DNA of 64,000 nt from an uncultured Alphaproteobacteria bacterium (GTDB lineage Bacteria > Pseudomonadota > Alphaproteobacteria > SMXQ01): positions 20,780-84,779 of the forward strand of contig CAVTBD010000001.1 in the NCBI GenBank assembly GCA_963732875.1. The letters are read 5' to 3'. Every line of letters begins with the position of its first letter. The first letter of the stretch is position 1. Both the position numbers and the translations under genes were made by a program. The notes under the pieces are model-generated. The model was not told where the DNA came from, did not search any database, and saw only the letters and a list, made by a program, of their open reading frames with translations. Positions 9,584 through 16,881 of the stretch are shown piece after piece.

Positions 9584-11395
9584 ATGAAATCGTCCCTCCG
9601 TTCCGTCCCGGCGGTGGCGCGCGACGCGTTCCGCGCGCTGCGGCTCCGCTATACCTCCCTGCGCCGCACCGTGCGCAACTACGAGACCGGCCTGATCGCC
9701 TGCTGCGTGGTGGTGGGGGTCGTGGTCGGCCTCGTGACGGTCGGCCTGCGCGACCTCGTCTATTTCCTGCACCGGCTGGATTTCGCCCTGCCCGGCCACG
9801 CCTATCTCAGCGCCCAGACCAGCCTCGACCTCCTGCGGCTGGCCGTGGTGCCGGCGGCGGGCGGACTGTTGCTCGGGCTGTTGACCCTCGCCCTCCGGAA
9901 AATCCGGCCCAACGACATCGTCGATCCGGTCGAGGCCAACGCGCTCTACGGCGGCCAGATGTCGCTGCGCGACAGCATGCGGCTCACCGGCTACACGGTG
10001 GTGTCCAATGCCTGCGGCGCCTCGGTCGGTATGGAGGCCGGCTACAGCCAGCTCGGCGCCGGCATCTTCTCCGTGGTCGGGCGCTACTTCCACCTGCGCC
10101 GCGAGGACCAGCGCATGATGGTGACGGCGGGTGCCGCGGCGGCGATCTCGGCCGCCTTCAACGCGCCGCTGGCCGGCGCCTTCTACGGCTTCGAGCTGAT
10201 CCACGGCAGCTACACCACGCGGGCGCTCGCCCCGGTCACCGCCGCGTCGCTGGCGGGCGCGCTGGTGGTGCGCCTGCTCGGCACCGACCAGCCGCTGTTC
10301 GAGGTCGCCGGTCGCTTCGTGATCCCGCACTGGTACTACCTGCTGTTCGGGCTGCTCGGCATCGCCGCCGCCGGGCTCGGCATCCTCACCATGAAGAGCG
10401 CGACCTGGATCGAACGCCTGCTGCGCGCGACCCGCCTGCCCACCTGGCTGCGGCCCGCCGCGGGCGGTGTGATCCTGAGCCTGATCGCGCTCGGCTCGCC
10501 CCAGGTGCTCGGCAGCGGCCATGGCGCGATCCAGTGGCACCTCGACACCCAATGGACCTTCACCGCGCTGGCGCTCCTGCTCATGGGCAAGCTGGTGGCC
10601 TCGGCGGTCTCGCTCGGCGCCGGTTACCGCGGCGGCCTGTTCTCCTCATCGCTGTTCCTGGGCGCGCTGCTCGGCGCCACCTTCGTGCAGGCCATCGACC
10701 TCGCGCTGCCGTCGCTGGTGGACCAGCGTACCGTCTTCATGCTGGTCGGCATGGGCTCGGTCGGCGCGGCGATCATCGGCGCGCCCTTCACCATGGTGTT
10801 CCTGGTGCTGGAAGCGACCGGCAGCTTCCCGGTGACGCTCGGCATGCTGGTGGGCGTGGTGCTGGCCGCGACCATCGTGCGGCTCACCTTCGGCTATTCG
10901 TTCTCGACCTGGCGCTTCCACCTGCGCGGCCTGCCACTGCGCGGCGGCCACGACATCGGCTGGATCGCCGGCCTGACGGCCGGGCGCCTGATGCGCTCGG
11001 ACGCGAAGACCGTCCCGGCCGGCATGACCCTCGCCGGCCTGCGCCAGACGGTGCCGCTCGGCAGCAGGAAGTGGGCCTTCGCGGTGGACGATACCGGACG
11101 CTACGTCGGCATGATCGACATCGCCGCCGCCCACGACCACGACCTCGACGACGTCGCCGCCAACCTGATCGCGGCCGACCTCGCCACGGGGCGCAGCAGC
11201 TACATGCTGCCCGGCGACAACATCCGCACCATCCTTCAGCAGTTCGGCGACGCCCAGGCGGAGACCCTGCCGGTGCTGAGCTCGGAGGCCGAGCCGCGCA
11301 TCCTCGGCTATCTGACGGAGGCCTTCTGTCTCAAGCGCTATGCCCAGGAGCTGGAACGGCGTCGGCGCGACGAGCTCGGCATGGCCGAGCTCTAG
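9584..11395 (+). CDS. ClC-family voltage-gated anion channel/antiporter with C-terminal CBS domains; non-canonical selectivity-filter motifs
   Basis: GAAAAISAAFNAPLAGAFYGFELI is the ClC hallmark. The gating Glu is present in GASVGMEAG (canonical GREGP). The GSGIP serine motif is absent (region ...RPNDIVDPVEANALYGGQMS...). GxFxP reads GYRGGLFSSS. CBS-like tail (GRYVGMIDIAAAH...). Confidence 0.8.
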   Translation: MKSSLRSVPAVARDAFRALRLRYTSLRRTVRNYETGLIACCVVVGVVVGLVTVGLRDLVYFLHRLDFALPGHAYLSAQTSLDLLRLAVVPAAGGLLLGLLTLALRKIRPNDIVDPVEANALYGGQMSLRDSMRLTGYTVVSNACGASVGMEAGYSQLGAGIFSVVGRYFHLRREDQRMMVTAGAAAAISAAFNAPLAGAFYGFELIHGSYTTRALAPVTAASLAGALVVRLLGTDQPLFEVAGRFVIPHWYYLLFGLLGIAAAGLGILTMKSATWIERLLRATRLPTWLRPAAGGVILSLIALGSPQVLGSGHGAIQWHLDTQWTFTALALLLMGKLVASAVSLGAGYRGGLFSSSLFLGALLGATFVQAIDLALPSLVDQRTVFMLVGMGSVGAAIIGAPFTMVFLVLEATGSFPVTLGMLVGVVLAATIVRLTFGYSFSTWRFHLRGLPLRGGHDIGWIAGLTAGRLMRSDAKTVPAGMTLAGLRQTVPLGSRKWAFAVDDTGRYVGMIDIAAAHDHDLDDVAANLIAADLATGRSSYMLPGDNIRTILQQFGDAQAETLPVLSSEAEPRILGYLTEAFCLKRYAQELERRRRDELGMAEL

Positions 11396-11412
11396 CCTCA
11401 CGCCATCTTCCG

Positions 11413-13176
11413 TCAGTAGACGTCGCGCACGTAGCGACCGCTCGCCACCATCTGGTCGACCTCGACCGCGGCGGCGGCGTCCGACATGCCGCCCTCGCGG
11501 GCGACGATGGCGCGCAGCGCCCGGTCCACATCCTTGGCCATGCGGCTCGCGTCGCCGCACACGTAGAAATGCGCGCCCCCGGCGAGCCAGTTCCACAGGG
11601 CGGCGGCGTTCTCGGCCATGCGGTGCTGGACGTAGAGCTTTTCCTTGCCGTCGCGCGAGAACGCGAGGTCGAGGCGCGTGAGCGTGCCGTCGGCGAGGAA
11701 GCCCTCGAGTTCCTCACGATAGAGAAAGTCGGTGGCGCGATGACGGTCGCCGAACAACAGCCAGGCCGGACCGGGGACGCCCGCCGCGCGGCGCTCCTCG
11801 AGGAAGGCGCGGAACGGCGCGATGCCGGTGCCGGGACCGACCATGATGACCGGCGTCGCCGGATCGGCTGGCAGGCGGAAGCGCCCGTTGCGCTGGACGT
11901 AGACCCGGACCGGGCCGGCGCCGGCGCGATCGGCGAGGTAGGTCGAGCCGATGCCGACGCGGTCGCGCCCGTGGCTCGCGTAGCGCACCGCGGCGACGGT
12001 GAGATGGACTTCGCCCGGGTGCGCGCGCGGGCTCGACGAGATCGAGTAGAGCCGGGGCGCGAGACGCGGCAGGATCGCCACCAGGTCCTGGGGCTGGGCG
12101 AGCACGCCGGGATAGCGCAGCACCAGGTCGATCACGTCGCGGCCGTAGAGCCAGTCCGCGAGGTCGGCGCTGCGCTCGGGCGCGAGCAGGGCCGAGAGCG
12201 TGGCGTCGCCCGCGCGCGCGGCGAACTTGATGACGGTCGGCTGGGTCAGGCGCCCGATCGAGAGCCGACGCGCGAGCGCCGCGCCGAGCGGCAGGGTGCC
12301 GTCGAGCGTCACCCGGGCATCCGGGTCAAAGCCGGCCGCGGCGAGCAGCGCCTCCACCATCGCGGGCGGATTTTCGACCACCACGCCGAGCGCGTCGCCG
12401 GGCTCGTAGGCGACGCCGGTGCCCTCCAGCGACAGCGCGATGTGGCGCACGTCCTTGTCGGAACCGGGCGCGGTGAGCGGGCGGTTGTCGATCACCGGCG
12501 CCGCCACCGGGTTGGCGCGCGTGCCGGGCGCGTCTTCCGGTTCTTCGTCGGGGACCGCCACCACGGCAGGCGGCCCTTTATCGGCGACACCGGCCTCGGC
12601 GGCAAACGTCTCCAGCATGGCGTCGCGCCACGGCGCGAACGGCGGGGCGGGGTCGCCATCGACGTCGACACGGGCGGCGAGCCGCCGGGCGCCGAGCGCG
12701 GCGAAACGTTGGTCGAGGAACGCGCCGTAGCCGCAGAACTGCAGGTAGTTGGAATCGCCGAGCGCCAGCAACGCATAGGACAGGCCCGCGAGCGGCGCGC
12801 CTTCGGCGGCGGCAAGATCGTCGCTCACGCGGCGCGCGCTGTCGGGCGGCTCGCCTTCGCCGTGGGTGGCGGCAATCACCACCGCGTGGCCAAGCGCGCC
12901 GAGCTCTTCCAGGGTCAGCGTGCCGATGTCGCGCGCCGTGGCGTCGAAGCCGCGCCCCTTCGCCGCGCGGGCGAACTTGCGCGCGAGCCCCTCGGCGGTG
13001 CCGGTCTGGGAGGCGTAGAGCACCGCGAGCGGGACCGCCGGCGCGGGCGCCTCCGCCGCCTCCGGCGGCGTCAGCAGCGCCGCGAGGAAACCCGACAGCC
13101 AGGCACGCTGCTCGCGCGTGAACGGCGCGTCGTCGGGGATCAGCGGGATTTCGCGGAGCGGCGCGGGCACGGCCAC
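11413..13176 (-). CDS. Sulfite/nitrite reductase [NADPH] flavoprotein component (CysJ-like diflavin reductase)
   Basis: Flavodoxin domain (LAVLYASQTGTAEGLA...), FAD site RLYSISSSP and NADPH site GPGTGIAPFRAF. A ~45-aa N-terminal extension carries the motif APFTREQRAWLSGFLAALL. Confidence 0.8.
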   Translation of the reverse strand: MAVPAPLREIPLIPDDAPFTREQRAWLSGFLAALLTPPEAAEAPAPAVPLAVLYASQTGTAEGLARKFARAAKGRGFDATARDIGTLTLEELGALGHAVVIAATHGEGEPPDSARRVSDDLAAAEGAPLAGLSYALLALGDSNYLQFCGYGAFLDQRFAALGARRLAARVDVDGDPAPPFAPWRDAMLETFAAEAGVADKGPPAVVAVPDEEPEDAPGTRANPVAAPVIDNRPLTAPGSDKDVRHIALSLEGTGVAYEPGDALGVVVENPPAMVEALLAAAGFDPDARVTLDGTLPLGAALARRLSIGRLTQPTVIKFAARAGDATLSALLAPERSADLADWLYGRDVIDLVLRYPGVLAQPQDLVAILPRLAPRLYSISSSPRAHPGEVHLTVAAVRYASHGRDRVGIGSTYLADRAGAGPVRVYVQRNGRFRLPADPATPVIMVGPGTGIAPFRAFLEERRAAGVPGPAWLLFGDRHRATDFLYREELEGFLADGTLTRLDLAFSRDGKEKLYVQHRMAENAAALWNWLAGGAHFYVCGDASRMAKDVDRALRAIVAREGGMSDAAAAVEVDQMVASGRYVRDVY

Positions 13177-13177
13177 G

Positions 13178-14956
13178 TCACGAGGCCTCGCCGGTGGCGA
13201 TGGCGGCCAGTGCCGCCGCGTCCTGGCGGCCCGCGAAGGCGGCGAAGTCCTCGCCCTGGCGGCGCCCGTCCTTGTAGGCGCCGAGCAGGCGCGCGAGCGC
13301 CGCCGGCACCGCGTCGGCGGGCAGGCCCTTGGCGATCTCGCGCGCGAGCGCGCGTCCCTGGTCGGAGCCGCCGCCGAGATAAAGATGGTAGCCCTCGACG
13401 GTGCCGCCCTCGCCCGCCACCTGCACGCCGAGCAGCCCGATGTCGCCGATGTAGTGCTGGGCGCAGGAATTGGGGCAGCCGGTGAGGTGGATGTTGACCG
13501 GGCTGTCGAGCGCGACCGCGCGGTCGAGGTGCTTGCGGATGGCGAGCGCGTGGCCCTTGGTGTCGGTCATGGCGAACTTGCAGCCGGTGTTGCCGGTGCA
13601 GGCCACCAGCCCGGCCGAGGCCGAGCTCGCGCGGATGTCGAAGCCCATCGCCCGGACCTTGCGCTCGACCGTGGAGAGCTTTTCGTCGGGCACGTCGGGC
13701 AGGATCACGTTCTGCCACACGGTCAGGCGCAGCTCGCCCGAGCCGCACTCCTCGGCGAGCTCGGCGATCTTGTCCATCTGGGCCGCCGTCATGCGTCCCA
13801 CGGGAATCGCGATGCCGACGTAGCTCAGGCCCGGCGCCTTCTGGGTATAGACACCGACATGGCCGTGGCGGATGACGGCGCGCGGCGGCAAACAATCCGT
13901 GAGAGCGAGCCTTCGCAGCGGAAAGGCGAGCCTGGCCTCGGTCGCGGCCAGGAACGCGTCCATGCCGATGCGGTCGATCAGGAAGCGCAGGCGCGCCTTC
14001 TTGCGGTCGGTGCGGTCGCCCCGGTCGGCGAACACCCGGATCATGGCGGCGGCGGCGGCGACGCATTCCTCGGGCGCAACGATGATCCCCGCGTCCTCGG
14101 CGAAGAAACGGTGGCCGGTGATGCCCCCCAGCATCACGCGGAACCACACGCCGGGCGCGATGCCCTTGCCGTCGGGCACGCGCACCGCCTGGAAGCCGAT
14201 GTCGTTGGTGTCGGACACCACGCTGACGCTGCCGCCCGAATCGAACGCCACGTTGAACTTGCGCGGCAGGCCGAACAGGTCGCGGTTGTTGGCGAGGTAG
14301 AACTGCAGCCCCTGGGCGAGCGGCCGCACGTCGTAGAGCTCGGCCGGGTCGATGCCGGACGTCGGCGTCGCGGTGATGTTGCGCACGTTGTCGGCGCCGG
14401 CCCCGCGCGAGGTGAGCCCGGCGTTGGACAGCGCCATCAGCACGTTGACGATGTCGTGCGGCGCGAATTCGCGCAGCTGCACGTTGCCGCGCGTGGTCAC
14501 GTCGCCGTAGTCGTTGCCCCAGCGGCGCGCGATCTCGGCGAGCGCGCGCATCTGCACGGCCGTGATTATGTTTCCCGGCACGCGCACGCGCACCATGAAC
14601 GAGTCCTGCGCCGGCGCTACGTAGAACAGGCCGTGGAACTTGAAGCGGAACACGTCGCCGCCCTCGGGCGGGGTATCGGTGGCGGCGTGGTGCAGGATCT
14701 TGTCCCAGATGTCGAGCGGGTTGTGCTCGAGCTTGAGGCGCTCCTCGCGGGTGAGCTCGTCGAGCGGCACGCCGAACGCGGTCTTGCCCTCGGGCGGGCC
14801 CGCGAGGTTGGCGGGCGCTGCCCCCGGCTCGTGGGTCAGGCGCCCGTCGGCGCCCTCCCCCACGAACGGCACCATCCCGCGGGCGCGCAGGCCCGCCGCG
14901 TAGCCTTCCAGGTACTCCTTCTGCGCCTTGGTGAAGGGCACGATCTCGGCACTCAT
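13178..14956 (-). CDS. Siroheme/[4Fe-4S] nitrite/sulfite reductase hemoprotein (CysI/NirA-like)
   Basis: 592 aa with the Cys cluster ...CTGNTGCKFA...TGCPNSCAQ, two NiR/SiR ferredoxin-like half-domains and the N-terminal motif VPFTKAQKEYLEGYAAGL. Confidence 0.8.
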   Translation of the reverse strand: MSAEIVPFTKAQKEYLEGYAAGLRARGMVPFVGEGADGRLTHEPGAAPANLAGPPEGKTAFGVPLDELTREERLKLEHNPLDIWDKILHHAATDTPPEGGDVFRFKFHGLFYVAPAQDSFMVRVRVPGNIITAVQMRALAEIARRWGNDYGDVTTRGNVQLREFAPHDIVNVLMALSNAGLTSRGAGADNVRNITATPTSGIDPAELYDVRPLAQGLQFYLANNRDLFGLPRKFNVAFDSGGSVSVVSDTNDIGFQAVRVPDGKGIAPGVWFRVMLGGITGHRFFAEDAGIIVAPEECVAAAAAMIRVFADRGDRTDRKKARLRFLIDRIGMDAFLAATEARLAFPLRRLALTDCLPPRAVIRHGHVGVYTQKAPGLSYVGIAIPVGRMTAAQMDKIAELAEECGSGELRLTVWQNVILPDVPDEKLSTVERKVRAMGFDIRASSASAGLVACTGNTGCKFAMTDTKGHALAIRKHLDRAVALDSPVNIHLTGCPNSCAQHYIGDIGLLGVQVAGEGGTVEGYHLYLGGGSDQGRALAREIAKGLPADAVPAALARLLGAYKDGRRQGEDFAAFAGRQDAAALAAIATGEAS

Positions 14957-14987
14957 GGCGTGCCTCCGCCGTTCATGCCGGTTGCCG

Positions 14988-15836
14988 TCATTCGGCCGGG
15001 GACATCCCTGCGGGCACCGCCGGCGCCGGCTGCGGCTTGACCTTGGGCGCCATGCCGCGATGGGTCAGGTAGATGGCGAAGCCGGTGAAGGTGAAGCCGC
15101 CGACGATGTTGCCGAGCGTCACCGGGATCTGGTTCCACAGCCACCAGTCGCCGAAGCCGACCTTGGCGCCGAGCAGCATCCCGGTCGGGATCACGAACAT
15201 GTTGACCACCGAATGCTCGAAGCCTTGCGCGAAGAACACCACGATCGGCAGCCACGCGGCGGCGATCTTGCCGACCGTGGAGGCCGACGTCATGCCCATG
15301 ACGACGCCGAGGCACACCATCCAGTTGCACAGGATCGCCTTGACGAAGCAGGTCACCAGGCCGGCCATGCCGAGATGCTCGTAGCCCAGCGTCTTGGCCT
15401 GCGCGATGGCGATGATTTTGGCCGCGATCGGGTCGGGCGCGCCCGCCGTGCCCATCTTGGAGATGGCGATGGCGTAGAGCCCGGCGTAGATCAGCGCGCC
15501 GATCAGGTTGCCGAGAAACACCCAGCTCCAGTTGACGAGCACCTGGAACGGGCTCGCCTTGCCCTCCAGCCAGGCGAGCGGCACCAGGGCGAAGCTGCCG
15601 GTGACCAGCTCGAGGCCGAGCAGCACGATCATCACGAAGCCTACCGGGAAGATCACGGCGCCGACGATCGGCTGGTCAGTCTGCACGATGGCGCCGATGG
15701 CGAGGCTGGTGGCGAACCCGAGGATCGCGCCCGACAGTGCGCCGCGGATGAGCAGGTCGCGCACCGGCAGGCCGATCTTCTTGATGCCGGCATCGACCAT
15801 CGTGTCGGCGACCTCGTTTGGCTTCATGTAGTCCAT
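14988..15836 (-). CDS. Formate/nitrite transporter (FNT) family channel; NirC/HSC/FocA-like
   Basis: MDYMKPNEVADT... with FNT signature regions (FPVGFVMIVLLGLELVTGSF, CNWMVCLGV). First gene of the FNT-cysI-cysJ-like operon. Confidence 0.8.
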   Translation of the reverse strand: MDYMKPNEVADTMVDAGIKKIGLPVRDLLIRGALSGAILGFATSLAIGAIVQTDQPIVGAVIFPVGFVMIVLLGLELVTGSFALVPLAWLEGKASPFQVLVNWSWVFLGNLIGALIYAGLYAIAISKMGTAGAPDPIAAKIIAIAQAKTLGYEHLGMAGLVTCFVKAILCNWMVCLGVVMGMTSASTVGKIAAAWLPIVVFFAQGFEHSVVNMFVIPTGMLLGAKVGFGDWWLWNQIPVTLGNIVGGFTFTGFAIYLTHRGMAPKVKPQPAPAVPAGMSPAE

Positions 15837-16118
15837 AACACCCCTCCCGCGGGTGGCAGCGCGCCCGCGTCGCATGAGACAGGAACAGTCCTGCCTTCAG
15901 GTATTCAAGGGGCGTGCCAGTTCACGGAGGGGACGGTGGCGCGCGGACGGGCGCGGGCGCGCCCGGCATAAACGCGATCCGCGGCGCGGGAACTGCCTCA
16001 AAGCGTGCAGCACCCCGTCAAAATTTGTGCAGTGCCCCGAAACGACGGCGCCGGCCCCAAGGGACCGGCGCTGCGAATGCGGAGCGGGAACGCGGGCGCG
16101 TCAGAACCTGTTTAGTTT

Positions 16119-16167
16119 AGAGCAGGATCACGGTTCAGATTGAGTCAACCTGAACCGACCCTGCTCT
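16119..16167. repeat. About 50-bp nested palindromic repeat element (copy 1 of 2), overlapping the infC stop
   Basis: AGAGCAGGATCACGGTTCAGATTGAGTCAACCTGAACCGACCCTGCTCT. A near-identical copy is at 29241-29290. Confidence 0.7.
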
Positions 16168-16702
16168 AGCGCGGCGCGATCACCATGGTCATCTGGCGGC
16201 CTTCCATCTTGGGGATCGCCTCGACCTTGGCCTTCTCGTCCATCTCCTGGCGCACCTTGTTGAGCACCGCGAGGCCGAGCTCCTGATGCAGGAACTCGCG
16301 GCCGCGGAAGCGGATCGTCACCTTGACCTTGTCGCCCTCGTCCAGGAACTTGTGGATCGCCCTCAGCTTGACGTCGTAGTCGTGCTGGTCGATGCCGGGG
16401 CGCATCTTGATTTCCTTGACGTCGATGGTCTTCTGCTTCTTGCGCGCCTCGTTGGCCTTCTTCTGGGCCTGGTACTTGAACTTGCCGTAGTCGAGGATCT
16501 TGCAGACCGGCGGATCGGCGCTGGGGGAGACCTCGACCAGGTCGAGGCCGGCGGCTTCGGCCTTGGCAAGCGCCTGGGCGATGGTCACGACGCCGAGCAT
16601 TTCGCCGTCTTCGCCGACGAGGCGCACGGACGGGACGTGGATCGCTTCGTTCACGCGGGGGCCGCCCTTCGAGGGCGGCTGGGGGGAGGTGGGCCTGGCT
16701 AT
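16166..16702 (-). CDS. infC: Translation initiation factor IF-3, probable non-AUG (AUA) start
   Basis: IF-3 homology ([26 protein letters not shown]...[15 protein letters not shown]) extends upstream of the GTG at 16654 with no in-frame ATG. An ATA codon (16700-16702) is preceded by GGAGAG at -8. IF-3 autoregulation through a rare start codon is established knowledge. Confidence 0.8.
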   Translation of the reverse strand: MARPTSPQPPSKGGPRVNEAIHVPSVRLVGEDGEMLGVVTIAQALAKAEAAGLDLVEVSPSADPPVCKILDYGKFKYQAQKKANEARKKQKTIDVKEIKMRPGIDQHDYDVKLRAIHKFLDEGDKVKVTIRFRGREFLHQELGLAVLNKVRQEMDEKAKVEAIPKMEGRQMTMVIAPR

Positions 16703-16716
16703 GGAACGCTCTCCAT

Positions 16717-16760
16717 CAGTTGTTGACTGGGCAGTTGTTGAATGGGCAGTCGTTGATACA
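16717..16760. repeat. 15-bp tandem repeat x~2.5 (CAGTTGTTGAMTGGG) in the infC leader
   Basis: cagttgttgactggg cagttgttgaatggg cagtcgttgatac, directly upstream of the infC SD. Confidence 0.6.
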
Positions 16761-16881
16761 CGGCGGTGGTCGAAAACGGCAGGTGCCGGGACCGGGACGC
16801 AAACAGACCCACGCAGGGAGTCCCGGTCCTGAACGGAAACCGGCGATCCCTGAGTATGTTGTCTGTCTTATTTAAGGAGTC

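Noticed and set aside
9584-11395. Confident assignment of the ClC as a fluoride-specific CLC-F
   Set aside because: CLC-F proteins are usually shorter, lack CBS domains and follow fluoride riboswitches. None of that can be established here. Only the filter divergence is reported.
10534-13485. 983-aa ORF on the + strand antisense to cysJ/cysI; similar giant ORFs at 29378-34279 (+, antisense to gltB), 6352-7644, 17657-20134 and 13118-15040
   Set aside because: These are low-complexity Arg/Gly/Ala/Pro-rich translations, typical of stop-codon-poor antisense frames in 68% GC DNA. The opposite strand carries clear, conserved proteins.
16654-16654. GTG at 16654 as the infC start (as in the ORF track)
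   Set aside because: IF-3 homology and a strong SD support the upstream ATA (16702). The GTG start is kept as the alternative.
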